From the NCBI GenBank assembly GCA_963666515.2, contig OY762897.2, positions 3,456,001 through 3,520,000 of the forward strand: a stretch of 64,000 bases of DNA, in the 5' to 3' direction. How positions within the stretch are numbered: position 1 is the stretch's first letter; every line of letters begins with the position of its first letter. Of this stretch, positions 20,208 to 29,093 are shown piece by piece. The stretch is from Candidatus Binatia bacterium. Lineage in GTDB: Bacteria; Desulfobacterota; Binatia; UBA9968; JAJDTQ01. The notes below the pieces were generated by a model. That model did not search any database. It had not been told where the DNA came from and was given only the letters and a program-made list of their open reading frames with translations. The translations under genes and the position numbers were made by a program.

Positions 20208-20236
20208 ATTCTCACAGAGTTGGCATGGACTGTCAA
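20208..20236 (-). promoter_or_regulatory. Sigma70-type promoter for the dxs-oxygenase-transporter operon
   Basis: Minus strand TTGACA-17 nt-GAGAAT with extended TG. Confidence 0.6.
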
Positions 20237-20272
20237 CAAACCGGACGCGCAAGCCGCCCGCGCCTCACGGTC

Positions 20273-20302
20273 TTGACCCGCGGTGCCGCGGAACGCTATA
20301 CA
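20273..20302 (+). promoter_or_regulatory. Putative sigma70 promoter for cupin-eutA
   Basis: TTGACC-18 nt-TATACA. Confidence 0.35.
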
Positions 20303-20392
20303 GATGTTTCCTGTTTTTCGGGCTGGGCGACTGCCGGCCCGTTTTTGTTCCCCAAACACGACTTTCACCAATCCAATTCAAGGAGCGATACC

Positions 20393-21523
20393 ATGGGAGA
20401 AGACATCAGCGATGCGGTAGCAGAGAAGACCAAGTTCACCTACGACCACTGGATGGAGGGCCTCGGACTTCCGATCCACACGGGGTATTTCATCGGCGAC
20501 CTTCGCACCTGCGACCTGGAGTGGTGGGAAGACCGCAAGTGCAAGGCGGCCTTCATGCAGCTCATGGGTCAGGAAGGCGTCACCGGAGCCTGGATCCAGG
20601 AGATCGCCCCGGGAGAGTCGAGTCCGCCGGTACGGTTCGCCCTCGATGAGGTGTGCTACGTGGTCGAGGGCCGGGGCACCACCACGGTGTGGCGCGACGA
20701 CAACGGCACCAGGAAGACCTTCGAGTGGCAGAACAACAGCATGTTCATCGTCCCCCGCAACTACCACTACACCATCAACAACATGCAGGGCGACAAGGTG
20801 GTGCGGCTGCTGCACTACAACTACCTGCCGCTGGCCATGTCCTCCGTGGGAGACCCGGAGTTCTTCTTCGACAATCCCTTTTCCGGCCAGGACGTCATCG
20901 CCTCCGAGGAAGGCGAGTTCTACTCCGAGGCCAAGATGGTCACGGATTCGGGCAAGTGGAACGTGTGGAACCGGCGCGTCTACTGGTACGGCAACTTCTT
21001 CCCCGACATGAGGGCGTGGGACAAGCTCGACGAGAACAAGAAGCGCGGCGCCGGCGGCCACAGCGTGTTCATCGAGTTCCCCAACTCGGAGCTTTCCTGC
21101 CACATGTCGGTGTTCGCGGCGCGCACCTACAAGAAGGCCCACCGGCACGGCCCGGGCCGGGTCATCGTCATCCCCGCGGGCGAGGGCTATTCGATCCTGT
21201 GGGAAGAGGGCAAGGAGAAGATCGTGGTCCCGTGGCACGAGGCCAGCGTCTTCGTGCCGCCCAACAAGTGGTTCCACCAGCACTTCAACGCCGGCGCCAC
21301 GCCCGCGCGCTACTTGGCCTTCCATCCGCCCATGCAGTTCCACGGCTACGCGGAGAAGGTGGAGGACCGGGCCAAGGACCAGATCGAGTACCCGGACGAG
21401 GATCCCTTCATCCGGCAGAAGTTCGAGGAAGAGCTGGCCAAGCGCAACACCACGAGCCTCATGCACGAGGAAGCCTACACCAACCCCGACTACGAGTGGT
21501 CCAAGGGGATGGGAAAACAGTAG
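20393..21523 (+). CDS. Bicupin protein (gentisate 1,2-dioxygenase-like fold)
   Basis: KAHRHGPG and WFHQHFN metal motifs in the C-terminal cupin; AAGGAG RBS before ATG 20393. Confidence 0.8.
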   Translation: MGEDISDAVAEKTKFTYDHWMEGLGLPIHTGYFIGDLRTCDLEWWEDRKCKAAFMQLMGQEGVTGAWIQEIAPGESSPPVRFALDEVCYVVEGRGTTTVWRDDNGTRKTFEWQNNSMFIVPRNYHYTINNMQGDKVVRLLHYNYLPLAMSSVGDPEFFFDNPFSGQDVIASEEGEFYSEAKMVTDSGKWNVWNRRVYWYGNFFPDMRAWDKLDENKKRGAGGHSVFIEFPNSELSCHMSVFAARTYKKAHRHGPGRVIVIPAGEGYSILWEEGKEKIVVPWHEASVFVPPNKWFHQHFNAGATPARYLAFHPPMQFHGYAEKVEDRAKDQIEYPDEDPFIRQKFEEELAKRNTTSLMHEEAYTNPDYEWSKGMGKQ

Positions 21524-21550
21524 GTCCGAGGGAATCAGAGACGGCAAGCC

Positions 21551-23071
21551 ATGCACGACGACGCGGACAACCCCGAACACTTTCACCCGGGCCCCGATGC
21601 CATCGTGGAGGACATCGAAGGGGTCGAGATGTTCTCGCTCACCAGCGTGGGCATCGACATCGGCTCCTCGACCTCCCACCTGGTGTTTTCCCACCTGACG
21701 CTCCGGCGCGAGGGCGCCGGACTGTCGGCCCGGTTCCGGGTCACCGAGCGGGAGGTGCTGTACCGTTCTCCGATCATGCTGACGCCGTACAGCTCCGGGA
21801 CCCTCATCGACACGGCCAGGGTGGAGGACTTCATCCACGAGTCCTACCGCGTGGCCGGGTACACCCACGACGACATCGACACCGGCGCGGTGGTGATCAC
21901 CGGCGAGGCCCTCAACAAGGAGAACTCCCGCCCGATCCTCGAGTACTTCGCCAAGGACTCGGGCAAGTTCATCTGCGCCTCCGCGGGACCCAACCACGAG
22001 GCGCTGCTGGCGGCCTACGGCTGCGGCGCCGTGGACCTGTCCAAGTCCGCCAACGCCACCGTCCTCAACATCGACATGGGCGGCGGCACCACCAAGCTGT
22101 CGGTGATCCGCGACGGCACCGTCACCCAGACCGCGGCCATCAGCGTGGGCGCGCGCCTGATCGCCTTTGACGAGGACAACGTGGTGACGCGGGTGGAACT
22201 GCCCGCCACGTTCATCACCAGGGAGCTGGGCTCGCAGGTGGAGGTGGGTCAGACGGTCACCGACGACCTCAAGCGGGCGTTCGCCTCCTACATGGCCGAT
22301 TACCTCTTCAACGTCATCCAGGCGAAGCCGCTTTCCGACCTGGAGGAGCACCTGCTGGTGACCGACCTGCTGCCCGACTACCACGGCCTGGAAAGCATCG
22401 ACCACATCGTCTTCTCCGGCGGCGTCAGCGAGCACATCTACGACCACGAGGTCCCGTCCTACGGCGACGTCGGCCCGTTCCTGGGCAAGGAGATCCGCGA
22501 CCGCATCGACGAGCTGAACCGCGCCGACCTCGTCAAGGAGCCCGTCGAGGGTATACGCGCCACCGTCATCGGCGCCGGCGAGTACACGATCCAGGCCAGC
22601 GGCAACACCAGCTACATCTCCAGCGAGTCGCCGCTGCCGGTCTACGGCCTGCAGGTGGTCAAGGCGCTCATCGACGACGATTGCGACGTCCAGGGCACCA
22701 TCCGCACGGCGCTGGCCAAGTTCGACCTGGAGAGGTTCAAGCCGGGTCTGGCCCTGGCGCTGGGCCTGGAGGGCGTGCCCAACTACAAGTACATCCGGCG
22801 CGTGGCCGAAGGCATCGCCGCGGTGGTCAACGACGTGGACGAGTCGGCAGAGGGCGATCCCAACGTCTTCCTGATCCTCGACATGGACGTGGCCAAGTCC
22901 CTCGGCGGCATCCTCAAGGAAGAGCTGAAGGTCGCGCCCGAGGTCATCGCGGTGGACGGCATCGACGTGGGCGACCTGGACTTCATCGACGTCGGCAACG
23001 CCATGGGCGTCACCGAGGTCATCCCGGTCACCATCCGCTCGTTCATGTTTCCGGAGAGCCGGCTGGTCTGA
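21551..23071 (+). CDS. eutA: EutA-like reactivating factor (ASKHA ATPase)
   Basis: SVGIDIGSSTSHLVFS, DTGAVVITGEA, NIDMGGGTT, FSGGVS, IRATVIGAG. Confidence 0.8.
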   Translation: MHDDADNPEHFHPGPDAIVEDIEGVEMFSLTSVGIDIGSSTSHLVFSHLTLRREGAGLSARFRVTEREVLYRSPIMLTPYSSGTLIDTARVEDFIHESYRVAGYTHDDIDTGAVVITGEALNKENSRPILEYFAKDSGKFICASAGPNHEALLAAYGCGAVDLSKSANATVLNIDMGGGTTKLSVIRDGTVTQTAAISVGARLIAFDEDNVVTRVELPATFITRELGSQVEVGQTVTDDLKRAFASYMADYLFNVIQAKPLSDLEEHLLVTDLLPDYHGLESIDHIVFSGGVSEHIYDHEVPSYGDVGPFLGKEIRDRIDELNRADLVKEPVEGIRATVIGAGEYTIQASGNTSYISSESPLPVYGLQVVKALIDDDCDVQGTIRTALAKFDLERFKPGLALALGLEGVPNYKYIRRVAEGIAAVVNDVDESAEGDPNVFLILDMDVAKSLGGILKEELKVAPEVIAVDGIDVGDLDFIDVGNAMGVTEVIPVTIRSFMFPESRLV

Positions 23072-23663
23072 CCGCCATAGCCCGCACGAGACCGGCGCCA
23101 GCCAAATCCGCGGCCCGGCAGAACGCATTCGTTGCGCTGCCGGGCCGTTTTCGTTCGAGCGCCACCGGTGAGGCGCCGCCGGCGCACCGGAAGCCTTTCA
23201 CCTCGTTGAGCCAGTGGGGACGGTAGCGGTGCGAGCAGTCGCACGTCCCCATCGGCCCGCACAGGGCCTTGAAGGAATCGCCCTCCGTTCCCGCTTCGGT
23301 GGAAGTCCATTCCCAGACATCGCCGTGCTTGGTCAGGTTGCCGCCGTTGCATGCCGCCAGCCATTCGGCTGTCGTGGGCAGCCGCTTGCCTCCCGCCCAT
23401 TGGCAATAGGCCACCGCGTCGTGCCACGTCACCAGCACCACGGGGTCGGAGGCCGACCCTTCAGGGTGCGTGCCCTCCGTCCAGTGCTCCGGCGCGCCGC
23501 GGCCGGTGGCGTGGATGAACCGGCGGTATTCCTGGTTGGTGACCTCGGCCGGGTCAAGCACGTCGGCCAAGGCTTCATGCCCGCCCGCCAAGGCGGCGAG
23601 GACCAGCGCGAGGCTGAGGCAGAGAACCCGTGCGGTGGCGAATGAGCGAAGTCGGGAGTGCAT
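23043..23663 (-). CDS. Small secreted FGE-sulfatase (SUMF1/EgtB/PvdO) domain protein
   Basis: Signal peptide; [42 protein letters not shown], GFRC. Confidence 0.75.
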   Translation of the reverse strand: [206 protein letters not shown]

Positions 23664-23777
23664 GGCGCGCCCTCCTGTTGCAAAGGGTCTATCTGACGCT
23701 TCTCATATCTGGTCCTCCCCGGCAAGGCGCACTGACGCATGGCGCGGACATCTTGAGACGGCGCCGACATCCGTAAA

Positions 23778-23806
23778 CGTCATTCCGGCGAAAGCCGGAA
23801 TCCAGG
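23778..23806 (+). repeat. REP-like palindrome (GTCATTCCGGCGAAAGCCGGAATCCA)
   Basis: Hairpin attccggc-gaaa-gccggaat; same family as the elements at 37186-37310. Confidence 0.7.
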
Positions 23807-23915
23807 GGCGGCGCGGCGCGGGACGGTACACATCGATCCGAGCCTGTGTTATGCAGGATGGATCATTTTCGGGCTTATCGCACTTCAATTTCAACAACCT
23901 TCCCAGAGGTGAGCA

Positions 23916-26144
23916 ATGGCGGAAACACACAGCGTGGGGGTCCCCACACCCCGCATCGACGGTGAGCACAAGGTAAGCGGCAAGGCCAAGTACGCGGTGG
24001 ACGTGACGTTCCCGGACATGCTCTGGGGCAAGATCCTGCGTAGCCCCATCTCCTACGGCCGCATCAAGAGCATCGACACCCGCAAGGCCATGCAGGTGCC
24101 GGGGGTGGTCGGCATCCTCACCGGCGAGGACGTCGCCGGGCTGCGCATCGGCCGGCGCGTGGTGGACATGCCCATCGTGGCCGACGGCATCGTGCGTTTC
24201 ATCGGCGAGAAGGTGGCCGCGGTGTCCGCGGAGACCGAGGACGCGGCCGAGGAAGCCGCCGCGCTCATCGAGGTGGAGTACGAGGAAATGGACCCGGTGC
24301 TCGATCCGGTGGAGGCCATGGAGTCCTCGGCGCCGCTGCTGCACCCGGACGTCCACACCTACAAGGGGCTGCCGCAGAAGCTCGACGGCCCCACCAACCG
24401 GGTGATCTACGTCAACTGGGAAAAGGGCGACATCGAGAAGGGGTTCGAGGAGGCGGACGTCATCGTCGAGAACACCTTCACCACGCCCAAGGTCCACCAA
24501 GCCTACATCGAGCCCCATTCCTGCGTGGCCAGGACCGACCCGGAGACGGGCGCGGCCGAGATCTGGGCGTGCAGCAAGGTGCCCTACGGCATCCGCGGCC
24601 AAGTAGCCGCCGCGGTGCAGGTGGACCCCGAGTCCATCGTGGTGCATCCCTGCTACATCGGCGGCGACTTCGGCGGCAAGGGCGACTTCATGGACATCGC
24701 CCTGTGCTACTCGCTGTCGAAGAAGAGCGGCGGACGGCCGGTGAAGATCGTCATGGACTATGACGAGGAGTTCATCGCCGGCAACCCGCGCCACGCTTCC
24801 ATCATCAAGGTCCGCACCGGCGCCAAGAAGGACGGCACCATCACCGCCCATCACATGGACTTCATCTTCGACACCGGCGCCTACTGCGCGTTCAAGCCCA
24901 ACGGCATCCTCGGCGGACCGCAGAAGTCCCCCGGTCCCTACAACATGCCCAACACCTTGGTGGAAGAGCACATGGTGTACACCAACCAGGTGCCGTGCGG
25001 GCACATGCGCTCGCCGGGCGACCCGCAGGGCTTCTTCGCCAACGAGAGCCAGCTCGACCTGCTGGCCGAGGCGCTGGGCATGAACCCCGCGGACCTGCGC
25101 AAGAAGAACCTGCTGGAGGGGGTCCACGACTCGCCCGTGGGCGAGAAGGTCGACTACGTCGGCTCCAACGCGGTGTTCGACAAGGCCCTCGACGAGACCA
25201 GGTACTACGAGCCCCGGCCCAGGAACGTGGGCAAGGGCATCGGCTTGGTGCAGTGGTCGGTGAACGGCGGCAAGGGGCTGGTGCGGTTCCGGCTGGACGA
25301 CACCGGGACTCTGACCGTGTCATCGGCCATGCTGGACCAGGGCGTCGGCACCTTCACGCTGCTGGAGCAGATGGCGGAGCAGGAACTGAAGATCCCGGCC
25401 GAGAACATCCGGTTCGAGCACTTCGACACGAGCGCCGGCATCCAGGACTCCGGCTTGGGCGGCAGCCGCGGCACGAGGGTCTACGGCAACGCCGGCTACG
25501 ACGGCATCATGAAGACCCGCGACGAGTTGCTGGAGCACGGCGCCAACGCGCTGGACGCCCCCAGGGAAGACCTGGACCTCGCCGACGGACAGGTGGTGCA
25601 CAAGAGCGCCGGCCGCGGCATCAGCTACGCCGACGTGGTCAAGGCCAAGGGCTCGGCCATCGAGACCGAGGGGCTCTACGACGACACGTCCAAGGTGGCC
25701 GACGCCGCCATGTGCGCGCAGATCGCCGAGGTGGAGGTGGACCCCGAGACCGGCAACGTGGAGTTGAAGCGGCTGGTCACGAGCCACAGCACCGGCACCA
25801 TCCTGAACCCGCTCATGCACCAGGGCCAGATCGAAGGCGCTAGCATGACCGGCATCGGCTACGGCATGATGGAGCACCTGATGGTGGACGACGGCAAGGT
25901 CACCACCGCCAACTTCGGCGACTACAAGATCCCCACCATGCGCGACGTGCCGGAGCTGACCACCCTGCTTTCCGAGCACAAGCGCGGCCCCGGCCCCTAC
26001 AACAGCATGGCCATCGGCGAGACCGCCAACATCCCCACCGCGGGCGCCATCGCCAACGCCGTGGCCGACGCCTGCGGCGTCCGCATCATGTCGCTGCCGA
26101 TCACGTCGGAGAAAGTGTTCGAGGCGCTGAACCGGAAGAGCTAG
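23916..26144 (+). CDS. Xanthine dehydrogenase-family molybdopterin-binding large subunit (CoxL-like)
   Basis: KVSGKAKYAVD, HQAYIEPH, IGGDFGGK, GSRGT, GQIEGA, IGE...AIANAV. Confidence 0.9.
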   Translation: MAETHSVGVPTPRIDGEHKVSGKAKYAVDVTFPDMLWGKILRSPISYGRIKSIDTRKAMQVPGVVGILTGEDVAGLRIGRRVVDMPIVADGIVRFIGEKVAAVSAETEDAAEEAAALIEVEYEEMDPVLDPVEAMESSAPLLHPDVHTYKGLPQKLDGPTNRVIYVNWEKGDIEKGFEEADVIVENTFTTPKVHQAYIEPHSCVARTDPETGAAEIWACSKVPYGIRGQVAAAVQVDPESIVVHPCYIGGDFGGKGDFMDIALCYSLSKKSGGRPVKIVMDYDEEFIAGNPRHASIIKVRTGAKKDGTITAHHMDFIFDTGAYCAFKPNGILGGPQKSPGPYNMPNTLVEEHMVYTNQVPCGHMRSPGDPQGFFANESQLDLLAEALGMNPADLRKKNLLEGVHDSPVGEKVDYVGSNAVFDKALDETRYYEPRPRNVGKGIGLVQWSVNGGKGLVRFRLDDTGTLTVSSAMLDQGVGTFTLLEQMAEQELKIPAENIRFEHFDTSAGIQDSGLGGSRGTRVYGNAGYDGIMKTRDELLEHGANALDAPREDLDLADGQVVHKSAGRGISYADVVKAKGSAIETEGLYDDTSKVADAAMCAQIAEVEVDPETGNVELKRLVTSHSTGTILNPLMHQGQIEGASMTGIGYGMMEHLMVDDGKVTTANFGDYKIPTMRDVPELTTLLSEHKRGPGPYNSMAIGETANIPTAGAIANAVADACGVRIMSLPITSEKVFEALNRKS

Positions 26145-26153
26145 CCGGCCAGA

Positions 26154-26228
26154 CCGCAATACAGAAGGGGCGGAACGGATTCTCGCAGCAATGCCTGCGA
26201 GGATACATTCCGCCCCTTTTGCTTGCGG
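26154..26228. terminator. Long interrupted hairpin, probable bidirectional terminator
   Basis: Nested stems ccgcaa/ttgcgg, aaggggcggaa/ttccgcccctt and ctcgcag/ctgcgag between convergent genes; tttt follows the main stem. Confidence 0.6.
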
Positions 26229-26265
26229 CGTTCTTTACCTGTCCGCGAAGCAGCAACTTCAATAC

Positions 26266-27090
26266 TTACGAATCCAGTTCCGGCACGCGGCGCACGACTA
26301 CACGCCAACTCGGGTCTCTTTCAATGGGCTTGGGGGCGAAAACCGGGTCCATCGCCTCGGTCGGGTCAAGCTCAACCCACCCACCGGACAGACTGCCCAG
26401 CGTGTTTCGCATCGGCATGACCTTGTCGGAGTATCCGTGTCTCTCGAGCAGATAACCGAGGCGCCGAACCACTGACCTTGCAAAGATTTTTGACAGAACT
26501 GCCAGTTTTTCGGCGTCGATCTTGCCGGCAAGTTCGACCAATATCGGGGTCACGTTGTCGAGTCCGCCGACCGTAGGCGCGTAACGCAGCAGGTCCAGGG
26601 CCGTCAATTCCGGTGACGAAACCTTCATGTAGCCGGTAGCCGTCTTGTGTTCCTCTACCCCGCTCCAGATGCTCGCAAGGTCCCTGCGGTAGTGGAATGA
26701 AATCATGGCACGCCCCGCCCGCAATCTGGTTAGTTGCTTGTCGGTCACGACCTGGAACTCCATGATCGCCTGTGGGGATGAACCAAGCAAATCTGATGCC
26801 TGGACCAGCCCGACATAGTAGTCGCGTCCTGCGAACCGCATCAGGTCGTCGATGTACCAGGACGCAGGGGGTGCCCCCCACGCAAGAAACTGCGGCGGCA
26901 CGGTCACGTAGAAGCCGTGCCGGGGCTTGATCAAGCGCCCCTGTCGCTGGAGTCGCTCCGCCGCGTCGAGAAAGGCGCCGTGGCTGACCCCGATGGCCTG
27001 CATTGCCTCCTCGCTCGGGAACACGACACGACCGGACGCAAGTAGCCACGTCGTCCACAGCCGAAGAGATGTCTGGCGCTGCTTTAGCAT
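26266..27090 (-). CDS. AbiEi-family type IV antitoxin (no partner toxin adjacent)
   Basis: GFYVTVPP, YYVGL, QVVT, VSSPELTALDL, RRLGYLLE and W-V-V C-terminus. Confidence 0.8.
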   Translation of the reverse strand: MLKQRQTSLRLWTTWLLASGRVVFPSEEAMQAIGVSHGAFLDAAERLQRQGRLIKPRHGFYVTVPPQFLAWGAPPASWYIDDLMRFAGRDYYVGLVQASDLLGSSPQAIMEFQVVTDKQLTRLRAGRAMISFHYRRDLASIWSGVEEHKTATGYMKVSSPELTALDLLRYAPTVGGLDNVTPILVELAGKIDAEKLAVLSKIFARSVVRRLGYLLERHGYSDKVMPMRNTLGSLSGGWVELDPTEAMDPVFAPKPIERDPSWRVVVRRVPELDS

Positions 27091-27127
27091 ATTGAAATAT
27101 CCGCTAAATTCGCGGATATTTCAATAT
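27089..27127. promoter_or_regulatory. Perfect 16-bp inverted repeat abutting the abiEi start (operator)
   Basis: atattgaaatatccgc-taaattc-gcggatatttcaatat. Confidence 0.8.
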
Positions 27128-27181
27128 TATAATAGCGGGTTTGTCCATGGCCCGCTACATCAATTGGGAGGGATCTGAGCG

Positions 27182-27634
27182 TCACACTGGGCTCGTGTCA
27201 CAGATGCACAGTACAATTTGCAGAACTTCGTTCCGCAGCCTGTAGCCGGCTTGGCGTGCGACTTCACGGTTTTCTTCTTCCACTGGAGTCCCTGATTCGG
27301 TCAAGTACCATTTCAGTTCGAGCACGAGCGTATCCAGTAGCTTCTGTGGACTAGTTGAATTCACTGTAAATTGGCTGTGCAAATCAAGCAGGTGCTGAAC
27401 TTCATTGGAAAGACGGCGGAGTGCCAGTGTACAGTCCTCCAACGAGTGGGCATCGACGGCCTCGGTAGTTAGCTTGTGAATTTGCCGGGTTACCTCCTGC
27501 AAGTAGCTGAACACCAATACGTCCCTGTGATTCCTCCTTCTAATAGTGGTGTTGACCCAATATCCCACGCCGAGAATCGCGGCAGCGGTGATTGCGGGAG
27601 GGAACAACACAGTCCACCAGGGGCAATTGGTCAT
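27182..27634 (-). CDS. Hypothetical protein with one N-terminal TM helix and a helical domain
   Basis: Hydrophobic WWTVLFPPAITAAAILGVGYWV followed by RRR; ATGA-coupled to the upstream gene. Confidence 0.7.
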   Translation of the reverse strand: MTNCPWWTVLFPPAITAAAILGVGYWVNTTIRRRNHRDVLVFSYLQEVTRQIHKLTTEAVDAHSLEDCTLALRRLSNEVQHLLDLHSQFTVNSTSPQKLLDTLVLELKWYLTESGTPVEEENREVARQAGYRLRNEVLQIVLCICDTSPV

Positions 27635-27987
27635 TTTGACTCTCCCGGTATAAATGGAGGGGTTTTTTCCTCTTCGCCATAGTGAATGTAGTGCATGATT
27701 TCGCGAATCAACATTGGTTCACTGGTGCATTTGATCTCAATCGTTTTCTGCACATGCTTAGTTCCGCGTTTTCGTACAAGACCACCAAAAGCCTCTTCCA
27801 AAAAGGAGGTCGGGTAACCGAATCTCGCTCCGTCCATATCCACCATCAGGCTTTCCCCGCGCTTCGCTGCCTGATCAAAGGCGGGGATGAGATGGTCGTC
27901 GCGGAATTCTTCGCCAGATCCTGGGCCTTGCCATCTGTACCTTGGCCCAGGCAACGAGGTCATTTTATCCATTGTGCGCAATTCCAT
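27631..27987 (-). CDS. STAS-like domain protein (DUF4325)
   Basis: GPRY...SGEEFR...VDMDG..GYPTSFLEEAFGGL signature; start uncertain (27963-28008). Confidence 0.8.
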   Translation of the reverse strand: MELRTMDKMTSLPGPRYRWQGPGSGEEFRDDHLIPAFDQAAKRGESLMVDMDGARFGYPTSFLEEAFGGLVRKRGTKHVQKTIEIKCTSEPMLIREIMHYIHYGEEEKTPPFIPGESK

Positions 27988-28972
27988 CCTTTGCCCCCTT
28001 TTTTCCAACGGCCATCCATGTGAGGACCGTGCCGCGGAGATGCTCTTTTGCTTTTCGGAAGACCATCTTGTCTATCCTACCCGTTGCCCTCCCTGTTCTG
28101 ACGCAGAGATTTTGCAAGAGACCGGCATCTGCATCACGCCGCATCCGAGGGAGCCCCAAACCGCGCCCCCTTTCACCAGTAGAGGATCCCAATGAACCCT
28201 CGAAGGCATCTTTGATGAGCCGATCTGGGCCATATCCCAAAAGGGACAACCCCTTGAACTTGAGCCATGATTGCGCCTCTGTGCTGCCGCAGATTCCCAC
28301 CCCTTCGTCAACAAAGGCAAAGTGGGCAATGCCGTTGTTACACCATACGCCGGCGATCCACGGTACCTCGTGTGTCTCCCCTTTGAGGGTGGCATGATTT
28401 CGGGTGTTGGTCATGCATTCCACTAGATTTTGCCAAATGGCTCTAGCCTGCTCTGGCTCTACTTCAATTCCTCGATTCGCGAAGTCCACCAGTTCCTCCG
28501 CAATTTCAGCGGCTACTTCGTGTTGTTGTCGTCTTCGCCAAGACCCGCGCGGACTCGGCAATCGTCCATCTTGCAATTTGAATCCGCTGAAGAAGCCCGA
28601 TTCTAGGAATTCGCTTGCGACGGTCTTATTCGCTGGCAGGTTCCCTCTCACAAGGGAACGGCTGCTCGAATGAGTAAGACTTGCAGCAAGGTAAATGGCC
28701 CCGGCCAAAGTGAACCCAGTCAATCCACTTATGTCTACAAATACCGGTCTGTCATTTTTTAAGTGTTGGCGAATCTTTTCACAATTGGCTACCGTGGCAG
28801 AATCGTCCTCAACAGGGTCTAGGTTGCCTTCGAAAACTACCGGTGTCGGCTGTTGTACAGCTACTTCAACGCGCGAACGTCGCGCAGTCGGTCGTCGACG
28901 CCGGTGCTCGAGTTTCAAACGGTGGCGTTCCAGATTCGCCGACCAGTCCCGAGTAGAGAACAGCTTCTTCAT
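27965..28972 (-). CDS. STAS-like + GHKL/HATPase (anti-sigma-kinase-like) protein
   Basis: N box VECMTNTRNHA, G1 FVDEGVGI, G2 RGRGLGL, G3 GT; N-terminal VFVDISGL STAS-like strand-helix. Confidence 0.75.
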   Translation of the reverse strand: MKKLFSTRDWSANLERHRLKLEHRRRRPTARRSRVEVAVQQPTPVVFEGNLDPVEDDSATVANCEKIRQHLKNDRPVFVDISGLTGFTLAGAIYLAASLTHSSSRSLVRGNLPANKTVASEFLESGFFSGFKLQDGRLPSPRGSWRRRQQHEVAAEIAEELVDFANRGIEVEPEQARAIWQNLVECMTNTRNHATLKGETHEVPWIAGVWCNNGIAHFAFVDEGVGICGSTEAQSWLKFKGLSLLGYGPDRLIKDAFEGSLGSSTGERGRGLGLPRMRRDADAGLLQNLCVRTGRATGRIDKMVFRKAKEHLRGTVLTWMAVGKKGAKDGIAHNG

Positions 28973-29093
28973 TGACCAAGAGAACGGCCGCAGGGAATTA
29001 GAGGAAGGCCGGGCGCCGGCTGTCGCCGTTTCAGGTGTACAGCGGATTCCCTATTGGGAGATGCCCCCACTGTGGACAGACGACTCATTATGC

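Noticed and set aside
23916-26144. Aerobic CO dehydrogenase (coxL) call
   Set aside because: Active-site loop reads GHMRSPG, not AYxCSFR, and no coxM/coxS is adjacent; only a family-level call is supported.
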